Of a stretch of DNA of 58,251 nucleotides, positions 16,708 through 25,750 are shown piece after piece; within the stretch, counting starts at the first letter, position 1, and each line of letters begins with the position of its first letter. Origin of the DNA: a virus (taxonomy: Duplodnaviria; Caudoviricetes). The stretch is taken from the IMG/VR virus record IMGVR_UViG_3300044637_000534, positions 1-58,251 of that record; one strand, given 5' to 3'. Under the pieces are notes generated by a model. That model was not told the DNA's origin. It saw only the letters and a list, made by a program, of their open reading frames with translations, and did no database searches. Position numbers and translations under genes: made by a program.

Positions 16708-18119
16708 TGGCGATCAACTTCCCGTCCTCCCCGACGACCGGACAGTCCTACACTGACACTACGACAGGTCAGACCTGGATCTATAACGGCACCGGCTGGG
16801 CATCGAGCTACAACCGTTCCTCCGTTGTGCGCCAGCAGTTCACCGCGAGCGCAGGTCAGACGACTTTCACGGTCTCGGGCGGCTACGCTCCGGGCCTCCT
16901 CGACGTGTACCAGAACGGCGTGAAGCTGGTCTCGGGCTCCGATTACTCCGCGAGTAACGGCACCACGGTGATCCTCACCGTTGGAGCGTCGGCGGGTGAC
17001 AGCGTTGAAGTGTGGGGCCTCGCGCTCTTCACGGTGGCCAACATGCCCACCCTGGCGCAGCTCTATGCTGAGACGGGTGACGCTGGCCCCATCTCCATGC
17101 GCAACCGCATCATCAACGGCGACATGCGCATCGACCAGCGCAACAACGGTGCAAGCGCCAACAATGGTGCGGGTGGCCTGTACACGCTGGATCGTTGGTC
17201 TACATTTGGCTCGCAGGCGTCAAAGTTTTCGATCCAGCAGAACGCGGGTTCAGTCACTGGCCCGGTGGGGTTTCAAAACTATCTTGGGATAACATCTACG
17301 TCCGCATATAGCGTTGGCGCGTCCGAAAGTTTTTCTGTCCGCCAATATATTGAGGGCTACAATACAGCCGACCTTAACTTCGGGACTGCCAACGCGGTAA
17401 CGGTTACCTTGTCGTTCTGGGTGCGCTCATCCTTGACCGGTAGTTTCGGTGGCTCCTTGTACAACAGCGCGGGCAATCGCTTTTATCCGTTCACATACAC
17501 AATCAATAATGCGAATACGTGGGAGCTGAAATCCATTGTCATTCCGGGTGACGTTACCGGAACATGGGTTGGCGCGACCAACGGTATTGGCCTTGCCGTC
17601 CAGTGGTCCTTGGGAGCAGGTTCTTCTGTCAGCGGAACGGCTGGCGCTTGGGCCTCTTCAACCGCTTTGCAGCCTTCAGGATCAACCTCCGTTGTCGGCA
17701 CCAACGGTGCGACCTTCTACCTGACCGGTGTGCAGCTTGAAATGGGTGGCACGGCGACGGCGTTTGAGCGCCGCAACTACCAGCAAGAATTGGCTATGTG
17801 CCAGCGGTATTATGCTAAAACATACAATACAGAGACAACTCCCGGAACCGCTACCACTACAGGCTATATAATCACCACTACAAATGCCAGTGGGTGGGCT
17901 TATGTAACGTGGAACATTGCTGTTGCAATGCGGGCGTCTCCCACTATTACCGCATATAACCATTCTACCGGCGCAACTGGAACATGGCAGGACGGTGGGG
18001 GAACAGCTAGAGCTGTTACTGTGGTTGGAGCAGGCTCTTCAAACGTGTCTTTTGGCTCTACCGCTTCGAACCTAAATAGTTGGTTGGCCGGTCATGCCAT
18101 AGCAAGCGCGGAGCTATAA
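16707..18119 (+). CDS. Tail fibre / receptor-binding protein 2
   Basis: MAINFPSSP N-terminus, ASAGQTTF domain, RNRIING...CQRYY domain, ends SAEL. Confidence 0.8.
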   Translation: MAINFPSSPTTGQSYTDTTTGQTWIYNGTGWASSYNRSSVVRQQFTASAGQTTFTVSGGYAPGLLDVYQNGVKLVSGSDYSASNGTTVILTVGASAGDSVEVWGLALFTVANMPTLAQLYAETGDAGPISMRNRIINGDMRIDQRNNGASANNGAGGLYTLDRWSTFGSQASKFSIQQNAGSVTGPVGFQNYLGITSTSAYSVGASESFSVRQYIEGYNTADLNFGTANAVTVTLSFWVRSSLTGSFGGSLYNSAGNRFYPFTYTINNANTWELKSIVIPGDVTGTWVGATNGIGLAVQWSLGAGSSVSGTAGAWASSTALQPSGSTSVVGTNGATFYLTGVQLEMGGTATAFERRNYQQELAMCQRYYAKTYNTETTPGTATTTGYIITTTNASGWAYVTWNIAVAMRASPTITAYNHSTGATGTWQDGGGTARAVTVVGAGSSNVSFGSTASNLNSWLAGHAIASAEL

Positions 18120-18121
18120 CC

Positions 18122-18298
18122 ATGTATTCAAACGCCCAATGGATTGACGAAAACGGTCAGCACACTTGCATCCGCGTTGACATCAACGGCGTGACGAGCT
18201 TCGTCCCGCTCGACCCCAACAACACCGATTACCAAAACATCATGACACTGGTCGACGAGGGCAAGCTCGTGATCCAGCCCGCCGATGGAGTTGAATGA
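18122..18298 (+). CDS. Fibre chaperone-like small protein 2
   Basis: MYSNAQW...VPLDPNNTDY...GKLVIQPA. Confidence 0.75.
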   Translation: MYSNAQWIDENGQHTCIRVDINGVTSFVPLDPNNTDYQNIMTLVDEGKLVIQPADGVE

Positions 18299-19182
18299 TG
18301 ACGAAGGCGAATGACCTCGCGGCGCTACCGAACAACACGCTCGCGTTCCGCAATCGCATCATCAACGGCGCGATGGCGGTCGATCAGCGTAACGGTGGCG
18401 CTGCTGTCAGTACTGGCGGTGGTGTGATCTACTGCGTCGATCGCTGGTATACGGGCTCGAACGGCGCTGCGACGACAATTCAGCGTGTCCAAGGTGCGAC
18501 GGCAAACCAATTCCGGCTCCAGGTCACTGGCGCTGCTGGCGTTACCAGCGTCTCGATCGCCCAGCGCATAGAGGCGCTCAACAGCGCCGATCTGGCGGGT
18601 AAGACCGTAACTCTATCGTTTGATGCGGCGAACACTCTGCTCACGACGATGACGTGGTCTGCGTCATACGCCAACAGCTACGACAACTTTGCAGCGGCAA
18701 CATCAATCACGTCCGGTAGTGTGGCTGTATCAAGTACAGTCACTCGCTTCTCTGTGACCTTCGCGGTCCCTGCCGCGGCGGTGAACGGTCTGCTGATCGC
18801 GTTCAGTCTTGGTGCTCAGACGAGCGGAACCATCCTTCTGGGCGACGTCCAGCTCGAGCTCGGGCCGGTTGCTACGCTTTTCGAGCGCAGGCCGTATCCG
18901 GTGGAGCTGGCTCTATGCCAGCGTTATTTTGCTGCGTCTGCCTTCACTGAGTACCATTTCAATGGCGCTCCAGGTGCGACTTATGTGAGCACATACAGGA
19001 TCAACATGCCCGTTCAGATGCGGGCCAATCCGTCGATCAGTGTCAACTATTCGGCGAGCAACGCGATTGCTGCGTATGGTTGGTATACTAATAATCTGAA
19101 CTTCTCAGTGCATTACATCAGCGCGTCGACATCAACAAACGCCTATATGTATTTCACCTGGACGACGAACGCGGAGCTTTGA
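18295..19182 (+). CDS. Tail fibre / receptor-binding protein 3 (short N-terminus)
   Basis: MTKANDLA then RNRIING...CQRYF; ends NAEL. Confidence 0.8.
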   Translation: MMTKANDLAALPNNTLAFRNRIINGAMAVDQRNGGAAVSTGGGVIYCVDRWYTGSNGAATTIQRVQGATANQFRLQVTGAAGVTSVSIAQRIEALNSADLAGKTVTLSFDAANTLLTTMTWSASYANSYDNFAAATSITSGSVAVSSTVTRFSVTFAVPAAAVNGLLIAFSLGAQTSGTILLGDVQLELGPVATLFERRPYPVELALCQRYFAASAFTEYHFNGAPGATYVSTYRINMPVQMRANPSISVNYSASNAIAAYGWYTNNLNFSVHYISASTSTNAYMYFTWTTNAEL

Positions 19183-19184
19183 TC

Positions 19185-19358
19185 GTGTACACGAACGCAA
19201 AATACTGCAAGCCGCCGTTCATGGATGAAGTGAACGGCATTCAGGTCGACATCGACGGCGTCTCGACGTTCGTTCCGCTCGACCCCCAGAACGTCGACTA
19301 CCGGAACATCATGACACTGGTGGACGAAGGAAAGCTGGTGATCCAGCCCGCCGAATAA
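19185..19358 (+). CDS. Fibre chaperone-like small protein 3 (not in ORF track)
   Basis: GTG start; YTNAKYCKPPFMDEVNGIQVDIDGVSTFVPLDPQNVDYRNIMTLVDEGKLVIQPAE. Confidence 0.75.
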   Translation: MYTNAKYCKPPFMDEVNGIQVDIDGVSTFVPLDPQNVDYRNIMTLVDEGKLVIQPAE

Positions 19359-19374
19359 GCAACGGAGATAAGGT

Positions 19375-20277
19375 GTGAGCGCCTTTGCTTTCGAGCGCAC
19401 CGCGTTCCAGCAGGGCGCTTTCTACACCGGATACGATTACCGCCTCACGGCGGATGCGGGCACGTACTCACTGACGGGTACCGCGATCCCCTTGCGTCGT
19501 GGACGTTCGATCTTCCCGACCGCAGGCTCCTACACCCTCACAGGCTTCAACGCCTCGCTGCGCGCTGACCGCCAGTTCCCGGCGACGGTGGGAGGCTACC
19601 AGGGCCAGTACTCCTACGCGGGCTTCACCGCCCACTTCCTGCGGTCCTACGTCGTCAAGGTCATCAGCGGGATCTACAACGTCTCCGGCCAGGCGGCTCG
19701 GATCGCTGCGACCCGCGAGCTCTATCCCGCCGCTGGAACCTACGTTTACACCGGGCGCCCCGCCGCTGTCCGCGCCGCACGCAAACTCAGCACGGATGCG
19801 GGCTCGTACCTTCAGACCGGGTACTCCGCCTCGATCACGACGACCCGCGCGCTCTATCCGTTCGCTGGCTCCTACGCGGTCGCGGGAAATCCCGCCGCGG
19901 TTACTTCTGCGCGTAACCTCTACCCCGACGCCGGGTCCTACACCTACACAGGCGAGAGCGTCAGCTTCCGTTCGGGCTTCAATCTGTTTGCCGGTGGTGG
20001 AAGCTATGTTTTCACCCCGTCTACGACCTATCTGGTCCACGGTTACTGGATCGATGCCAAGACGGCAGGGAATTATACTGTAACCGGGAACGACGCCCGC
20101 TTGTTTCAGAGCGCGTTCTTCTATAATGATAGTGAATACATATACGTGCCCGACCAGCCGCGCACGATGGCAGTTCTCGCCGAGGAGCGTTACATCTTGG
20201 TACCACCCAAGCCGCAACTCGAAGAATACGCTGAAGATCGGACGGTCGAAGCAGAAGCCAGGATCAGGGTGGCGTGA
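19375..20277 (+). CDS. Repeat-containing virion protein (~22-aa AGxYxxTG repeats)
   Basis: About ten AG[ST]Y repeats; N-terminal AFERTAFQQGAF. Confidence 0.75.
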   Translation: MSAFAFERTAFQQGAFYTGYDYRLTADAGTYSLTGTAIPLRRGRSIFPTAGSYTLTGFNASLRADRQFPATVGGYQGQYSYAGFTAHFLRSYVVKVISGIYNVSGQAARIAATRELYPAAGTYVYTGRPAAVRAARKLSTDAGSYLQTGYSASITTTRALYPFAGSYAVAGNPAAVTSARNLYPDAGSYTYTGESVSFRSGFNLFAGGGSYVFTPSTTYLVHGYWIDAKTAGNYTVTGNDARLFQSAFFYNDSEYIYVPDQPRTMAVLAEERYILVPPKPQLEEYAEDRTVEAEARIRVA

Positions 20278-20573
20278 TGAAGCTCGCGACGTTCGTCAAA
20301 TCCCCAGCAGAGCGCAAGCGCTACGTCATCGACTACACCGACTGGCTCGACACGGGCGAGACGGTTGTGTCCACCAACTTCACTGTCAGCCCCAGCGTGC
20401 CGACCACCGGGCTTGTCGTCGACGCCGTCGCGATCGATCCGAACGGCAAGGAAGTGGTCTTCTTCACCTCATTCGGAACCACCAACGTCACCTACACCGT
20501 CGAGGTCCTCGTCCAGACATCGGGAGGCCAGGTCAAAGAGGACACGGTGGTCTTCTCGGTTCGAGACCAATGA
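20274..20573 (+). CDS. Fibre-tail adaptor-like protein
   Basis: KSPAERKRYVIDYTDWL..GETV motif, Ig-like beta pattern. Confidence 0.65.
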   Translation: MMKLATFVKSPAERKRYVIDYTDWLDTGETVVSTNFTVSPSVPTTGLVVDAVAIDPNGKEVVFFTSFGTTNVTYTVEVLVQTSGGQVKEDTVVFSVRDQ

Positions 20574-20582
20574 GGCCCACCC

Positions 20583-20801
20583 ATGGACGATTTGCATCGC
20601 ACCGTCGGTAATTTCGAAGCCAAGATCGACCGCCTGGAGCGGGACGTCGCCACGCTCATCAAGCATCAGAACGAGATGCTCCAGATCCTCCACCAGGCCA
20701 AGGGCGGCTGGAAAGTCATGGTCATGGTCGGCGGCGCGGCCTCCGCCATCACAGTCTTCTTCTACAAGATCCTCAGTTATTTCTGGGTCATGCCTCGATG
20801 A
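20583..20801 (+). CDS. Putative holin / membrane protein
   Basis: Coiled coil plus C-terminal TM; precedes endolysin. Confidence 0.6.
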   Translation: MDDLHRTVGNFEAKIDRLERDVATLIKHQNEMLQILHQAKGGWKVMVMVGGAASAITVFFYKILSYFWVMPR

Positions 20802-21562
20802 TGAAACTCGGACCTGAAGGCGAGAAGCTCATCAAGGATGGTGAGGGTCTCGTCCTCTACGCCTACGACGATGCCAATCCGTCGAAGCCGTTTCTCAAGG
20901 GCAAGCCGAAGGGCGAGCTGACGATCGGCTACGGCCACACGTCTGCTGCCGGTGCGCCCAAGGTCGTGCCGGGCATGAAGATCACCAAGGCCGAGGCCGA
21001 GAAGATCTTCAAAACCGACATCAAGAAATATGTGGATGACGTCAACCGGCTCGTTACTCGCGAAGTAACTCAGAACCAGTTCGATGCGCTGGTGTCGTTC
21101 CACTATAACACTGGCGCACTGGGCAAATCGACGCTGCTCAAGCGCGTGAACGCCGGACAGTTCGACCAGGTGCCCGCCGAGTTCATGAAGTGGGTCAACG
21201 ACAATGGTCGGATGGTGCCGGGCCTTGTTAATCGCCGTCGCGCTGAAGTGGCTGTATGGCGGGGGATCGAGGACGGTAGCATCGCTCCTGCTAAGCAGGC
21301 GGTTGAACCTCCCAAACCCGAGAAGCCGATCACGAAGTCCAAGATCGCCACTGCCTCGGCAGGGATAGGCATCGCGGGCGGGCTCGAGGTCGCCAACCAG
21401 TTCACCTCTGCCGTCTCAACAGCGTCGGCCACGCATGACAGTGTCGGGATTTTGACAGTGTTGCTGCGCTCGCCGACGTTCTGGATCGCGCTCGTCATTC
21501 TCGCCCTTGCCGGTGCCATCTGGTACTGGCGCAGTCAGATGCTTCAGGAAACGGGGGCGTAA
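20798..21562 (+). CDS. Endolysin, GH24 lysozyme with C-terminal hydrophobic segments
   Basis: EGLVLYAYDD, TIGYGH, QNQFDALVSFHYNTG, GLVNRRRAE. Confidence 0.92.
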   Translation: MMKLGPEGEKLIKDGEGLVLYAYDDANPSKPFLKGKPKGELTIGYGHTSAAGAPKVVPGMKITKAEAEKIFKTDIKKYVDDVNRLVTREVTQNQFDALVSFHYNTGALGKSTLLKRVNAGQFDQVPAEFMKWVNDNGRMVPGLVNRRRAEVAVWRGIEDGSIAPAKQAVEPPKPEKPITKSKIATASAGIGIAGGLEVANQFTSAVSTASATHDSVGILTVLLRSPTFWIALVILALAGAIWYWRSQMLQETGA

Positions 21563-21564
21563 CC

Positions 21565-21807
21565 TTGCCGATACTAGCGTGGTTGCTCTCGCCAATCGGA
21601 AGATACGTTGCTATATTCCTCGTCGCCGCAAGCGTGCTTGGCGGTCTCTATTTGAAGATCAGGTCGTCTGCTCGCGATGCGGTTCAGAGCGAGATCATGA
21701 CCGAGAGCCTTGGAAGGATCACGGATGCGATACGCGCTGGTGATGCTGTCAGCACTGATCCTGGGAGCTTGCTCAAGGACGACGGGCACTGCCGTGACTG
21801 TCGATAG
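21565..21807 (+). CDS. i-spanin (Rz-like)
   Basis: N-terminal TM, C-terminal Cys; overlapped by a lipoprotein gene. Confidence 0.65.
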   Translation: MPILAWLLSPIGRYVAIFLVAASVLGGLYLKIRSSARDAVQSEIMTESLGRITDAIRAGDAVSTDPGSLLKDDGHCRDCR

Positions 21808-21916
21808 CGTTTGCACGGTCTGGCCGGTGACGGCCTGGTCGATCAAGGACACGCCCGAGACGATCAAGGGCAACAAGTTCAACAACGCCCGGCGTTCGGG
21901 CTTCTGCGGAGAGTGA
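21725..21916 (+). CDS. o-spanin (Rz1-like lipoprotein)
   Basis: MRYALVMLSALILGA-C lipobox; overlaps 3' end of i-spanin in another frame. Confidence 0.75.
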   Translation: MRYALVMLSALILGACSRTTGTAVTVDSVCTVWPVTAWSIKDTPETIKGNKFNNARRSGFCGE

Positions 21917-21918
21917 CG

Positions 21919-22062
21919 ATGGCGAAGATGTCGAAGCGCACGGCGATCATGGACAAGGGCATGGATAAGAAGGCCCCGGCCAAAGGCGGCAAGATGCCGA
22001 TGGCTGAGAAGGGCGGCAAGAAGATGCCTGCCTTCCTCATGAAGATGAAGAAGGGTAAGTAA
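21919..22062 (+). CDS. 47-aa K/M-rich basic protein
   Basis: MAKMSKRTAIMDKG...MPAFLMKMKKGK; GGAGAG RBS. Confidence 0.6.
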   Translation: MAKMSKRTAIMDKGMDKKAPAKGGKMPMAEKGGKKMPAFLMKMKKGK

Positions 22063-22253
22063 TGCCCAAGAAGCCGACCAAGTCGCGCGTCAACGAGGCC
22101 GGGAACTACACGAAGCCCGGCCTTCGCAAGTCCTTGTTCGAGAAGATCAAGGGCTCTGCGGTGCAGGGCACGAAGGCGGGCGAGTGGTCGGCTCGCAAGG
22201 CTCAGCTCCTGGCCAAGGAATACAAGGCCAAGGGTGGGGGGTACAAAGATTGA
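22062..22253 (+). CDS. Basic protein resembling N-half of DUF5872-like family
   Basis: YTKPGLR...GEWSARKAQLLAKEYKAKGGGY. Confidence 0.7.
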   Translation: MPKKPTKSRVNEAGNYTKPGLRKSLFEKIKGSAVQGTKAGEWSARKAQLLAKEYKAKGGGYKD

Positions 22254-22495
22254 AAGCCCCCCAGAAGTCCTTGAAGGCGTGGACCGACCAGAAGTGGCGC
22301 ACCAAATCGGGCAAGCCATCCTCTGAGACCGGCGAGCGCTACCTCCCCGAGAAGGCCATCAAGGCTCTCTCGCCTGCGGAGTACGCCCGCACATCTTCCG
22401 CAAAACGTGCGGGGATGAAGGCGGGCAAACAGTTTGTGCAGCAGCCGGAGAGCATCGCCAAGAAGGTGCGTCCCTACCGGCAGAAGGGGAAGTGA
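22250..22495 (+). CDS. Basic protein resembling C-half of DUF5872-like family
   Basis: TTG start; QKSLKAWTDQKWRTKSG...GERYLP. Confidence 0.7.
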   Translation: MKAPQKSLKAWTDQKWRTKSGKPSSETGERYLPEKAIKALSPAEYARTSSAKRAGMKAGKQFVQQPESIAKKVRPYRQKGK

Positions 22496-22496
22496 C

Positions 22497-22751
22497 ATGG
22501 CGAAGACCCCTGCCTGGACCCGCAAGGAAGGCAAGGACCCCAAGGGCGGTCTGAACGCCAAGGGTCGCGCTTCCTACAACAAAGCCAACCCCGGCAAGCC
22601 CGGCCTCAAGGCCCCGCAGCCGGAGGGCGGTCCTCGTCGTGACAGCTTCTGCGCCCGCATGAAGGGCATGAAGAAAAAGCTGACGAGCGCCAAGACCGCG
22701 AACGATCCCAACTCCCGCATCAACAAATCGTTGCGGGCCTGGAACTGCTGA
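22497..22751 (+). CDS. Small basic phage protein (RRDSFCARM...RAWNC)
   Basis: Motif common in uncultured phages; GGGGAAG RBS. Confidence 0.75.
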   Translation: MAKTPAWTRKEGKDPKGGLNAKGRASYNKANPGKPGLKAPQPEGGPRRDSFCARMKGMKKKLTSAKTANDPNSRINKSLRAWNC

Positions 22752-22762
22752 AGGAGAGCCAC

Positions 22763-22924
22763 ATGGCAAAAGATATGAAGAAAGTCGAGAAGGCCGAAGA
22801 CGTCACCCCCGAGGTGAAGATCATCCAGGCCGAAACGCAGCCGATCTTGCAGATGACGTCTCAGACGCTCGCTGAGCTCGAGGCCGGTAAGAAGGCGCTG
22901 GCGAAGCAGGCCGACAATCGATGA
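22763..22924 (+). CDS. 53-aa hypothetical protein (not in ORF track)
   Basis: AAGGAG RBS; MAKDMKKVEKAEDVTPE...; ATGA-coupled downstream. Confidence 0.65.
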   Translation: MAKDMKKVEKAEDVTPEVKIIQAETQPILQMTSQTLAELEAGKKALAKQADNR

Positions 22925-23277
22925 CCATTGAAGAACTCATCAACCGCGTGTTCTCGGTTCGCGATGCCGCTCATATCGAGCACTGGCTGACGAAGTCGTA
23001 TGCGCGTCACGAGGCGCTCGGTGAGTTCTACGAGGGCGTCATCGACCGTATCGACACGCTGGTCGAAGCCTACCAGGGCTTCTACGGCCCAATCGGTACG
23101 GTGGGTCTGTCGCAGATCCCGTTCCAGGACTTCGACGCGATGCTGGCTGATGAGGCCAAGGCGATCTCGGAAGCCCGCTCGCAGATCGCTCGCGGCAACG
23201 CGACGATCGAGAACCTCGTGGACGGCATTTGTGAGGTCTACTTCAAGACCTTCTACAAACTCGCCAATTTGAAGTGA
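22921..23277 (+). CDS. Ferritin/Dps-like four-helix protein (DUF5856-like)
   Basis: HIEHW...SYARHEALGEFYE...DTLVEAYQG. Confidence 0.7.
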   Translation: MTIEELINRVFSVRDAAHIEHWLTKSYARHEALGEFYEGVIDRIDTLVEAYQGFYGPIGTVGLSQIPFQDFDAMLADEAKAISEARSQIARGNATIENLVDGICEVYFKTFYKLANLK

Positions 23278-23284
23278 AACGATC

Positions 23285-25063
23285 ATGGTCGCTCTGAAGC
23301 TGGCTAATTTCGGTGGGATGATCCCGGCAATAGACGACCATCTATTGCCGGAAGCCTACGGTTCGCTGGCTCAGAACGCCTGGCTCTACTCAGGCTCGCT
23401 CGACGGGCTGCACGGGCTGAAGGAGGTCTATGCGGCGACCAGCTCGCTGACCCGCAAGGTCTACCGCATCCCCAAGCAGTACTACGACAAAGACCATATC
23501 TACGACAGCTACTGGCTCGAGTTCGCCGACCCGGACACGGATGTCATCCGCTCCCCGGCGGTCAACGACAGCTTCGAACGCTATTACTGGGCGTCACCCA
23601 CACAGGGTGCGCCGCGCTACAACACGCTGCAGCGCATCATCAACTCGCAGCCTTCTTTGATCCTGGGCATCCCGGCTCCGACCGTCGCACCGACGGTGAC
23701 GGTGGCGGGGGGCGCAGCGCCGACCTACGACCGCGCCTACGTCTACACCTATGAGAGCGCGTATGGCGAAGAGGGTCCGCCCAGCCCACCGACGGTGGTC
23801 AACGGCAACATCAGCGGGACGTGGAACATCACGGTCACCGCGCCAAGCGTGCCGATCACGACCGACCGCAACATCACCAAGATCAACATCTACCGCACGA
23901 TCACGTCCGCGTTCGGCACCGCGACCTATTTCTACGTCACGACCCTGACGATCCCGACCGTGACCTACGCGGACACCCAGCCCGACACCACGGTCGCGGG
24001 CAACAATCTGTTGCCGAGTGTCGACTGGAACCCGCCGCCGTCCGACCTCAAGGGCATGATCGCGATGCCCAACGGCATTGTCGCCGGGTTCAGAGAGGAC
24101 GAGGTCTGGTTCTCCGAGCCGTACCGTCCGCACGCCTGGCCCGCCTCGTACACACTCAGCGTCAACTTCCCCATCGTCGGCCTCGGGGTCGCGGGCACGT
24201 CGCTGATCGTGCTGACGACCGGCTACCCGACTGCGATCACCGGCATCAACCCAGCCTCGATGAGCCAGGCGCGCATCGCGACGTTCCTGCCTTGCCTATC
24301 CAAAGGTTCAATCGTCTCAGGCGCGGAGGGCGTTTTCTACGCCTCGCCGAACGGTCTGGCGCTCGCCGCCAACGGGACGGTTCAGGTCATCACGCAGACG
24401 ACGATCACCAAGGACAAGTGGCTCACGCTGCTGAAGGTCCCCACGCTGCGCGCAGCTCGTCTGGGAGATGCCTATTACTGCTGGGGCTCGCCCCAGGAAG
24501 GCGTGTTCGAGCCGACCGCGTTCGACAACGACGCCTTCATGATGACGAACGTCGAGGGTGGCCGCTACGGCGCGATCATCGACTTCAAGAACCAACGCAT
24601 CCCCTATGTGAAGCTCTACGACGAGAACCCCGTCGTGAACACATGGGAAGACCCGTGGACCGGCGAGCTCATGCTCTTCCGGGACCAGAAGGTCTATTGG
24701 TTTGACGTGTCTGCGGAGACGCTGCGCGAGCCCTACACCTGGCGCTCGAAGGTCTTCCAGATGCCGAACATGCGCAACATGGAAGCCATGCGCATCTGGT
24801 TCAACGTGCCCGTGGGCGCTCCCGCGCTCAACCCCGTGCCGGATGTGAACCTCAACCAGCAACTCAAGGCCGACCAGTGGGGCCTGGTGCGCGTCTATGC
24901 GGACGGTCGCCATGTCTTCACCCGCGAGATCCGCGTGTCCGGCGAGATGATCCGCCTGCCGTCCGGCTTCAAGGCGACGAACTGGCAGATCGAGGTCGAG
25001 GCCCGCATCCAGATCTACACGATCGAAGCGGCGACGGCAGCGAAGGAACTCGCCAGTGTCTGA
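23285..25063 (+). CDS. Tail nozzle / DNA stabilisation protein (tail tubular B-like)
   Basis: 592-aa beta-rich; YVYTY...GEEGPPS, WFSEPYRPHAWP, YASPNGL, WRSKVF. Confidence 0.75.
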   Translation: MVALKLANFGGMIPAIDDHLLPEAYGSLAQNAWLYSGSLDGLHGLKEVYAATSSLTRKVYRIPKQYYDKDHIYDSYWLEFADPDTDVIRSPAVNDSFERYYWASPTQGAPRYNTLQRIINSQPSLILGIPAPTVAPTVTVAGGAAPTYDRAYVYTYESAYGEEGPPSPPTVVNGNISGTWNITVTAPSVPITTDRNITKINIYRTITSAFGTATYFYVTTLTIPTVTYADTQPDTTVAGNNLLPSVDWNPPPSDLKGMIAMPNGIVAGFREDEVWFSEPYRPHAWPASYTLSVNFPIVGLGVAGTSLIVLTTGYPTAITGINPASMSQARIATFLPCLSKGSIVSGAEGVFYASPNGLALAANGTVQVITQTTITKDKWLTLLKVPTLRAARLGDAYYCWGSPQEGVFEPTAFDNDAFMMTNVEGGRYGAIIDFKNQRIPYVKLYDENPVVNTWEDPWTGELMLFRDQKVYWFDVSAETLREPYTWRSKVFQMPNMRNMEAMRIWFNVPVGAPALNPVPDVNLNQQLKADQWGLVRVYADGRHVFTREIRVSGEMIRLPSGFKATNWQIEVEARIQIYTIEAATAAKELASV

Positions 25064-25310
25064 GCCGAGCTATCCCGGCATCCCTGAGCCGACCCTGTCG
25101 CTCGAGGGCCTCATCAACACCGTGGTCCAACTGAAGATCGCGGTGGAGATGCTCAGCGGTCAGCGCCTTGGCGCATCCTATGGCGCCCCCCGCATCTTCG
25201 TGCAGAAGACGATGCCGACGACCAACGACATCGGCGATTTGTGGATCAACACGGCGCTCAACAACAAGCTGCACTTCTGGGACGGCAGAAACTGGACGCA
25301 GACAACTTAG
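25056..25310 (+). CDS. Small tail protein
   Basis: PTTNDIGDLWIN..WDG motif shared with fibre 1. Confidence 0.65.
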   Translation: MSEPSYPGIPEPTLSLEGLINTVVQLKIAVEMLSGQRLGASYGAPRIFVQKTMPTTNDIGDLWINTALNNKLHFWDGRNWTQTT

Positions 25311-25750
25311 TGATCGAGTTCAACAACCCCGCTCACCTCGAGACCATTGCGAACGCGGCCAACGTCCTTCCCAACGCCGCCTACGACGCCTGCATTGCCC
25401 ACTACAAAAATGGCAGGTTACTCGGCGGAGTAATCTACCAGAACTATACCGGTGCCAGCATAACCATGCACACAGCCGGTTTCGATCCCCATTGGATCAA
25501 TCGGGATATGCTTTGGGTGTGCTTTCATTACCCGTTCGTGCAACTGAATTGTAACAAACTATTTGGGCAAGTCCCTGCGTGGAACCTCAAAGCACTTGAG
25601 TTTGACCTCCATATAGGGTTTAAAGAAGAGTGTATTATTCGCGACGTCTATCCGCAGGGTGACATGATCCTTCTCTCCATGCGCAAAGAAGACTGTCGCT
25701 GGCTGAAACTCCGGCCTCGCACTATCGCAGCGCCGCAGGAGGACGAGTAA
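25310..25750 (+). CDS. GNAT-fold protein (DUF2824 / T7 gp13-like position)
   Basis: FHYPFVQLNC...NLKALEFDLHIGFKEE; precedes ejection genes. Confidence 0.7.
   Translation: MIEFNNPAHLETIANAANVLPNAAYDACIAHYKNGRLLGGVIYQNYTGASITMHTAGFDPHWINRDMLWVCFHYPFVQLNCNKLFGQVPAWNLKALEFDLHIGFKEECIIRDVYPQGDMILLSMRKEDCRWLKLRPRTIAAPQEDE

Noticed and set aside
15027-19358. Shufflon or invertible tail-fibre system driven by the integrase
   Set aside because: All cassettes are co-oriented complete genes; no inverted crossover sites seen; the integrase has its own attP-like arm repeats
21053-21069. Genome-wide motif as alphaproteobacterial LexA box (GTTC-N7-GTTC), CtrA box (TTAA-N7-TTAA) or matS
   Set aside because: The half-site is consistently GTWAC, often in inverted arrangement, with a 6-9 bp spacer; it does not match those consensuses, though a related host factor is not excluded
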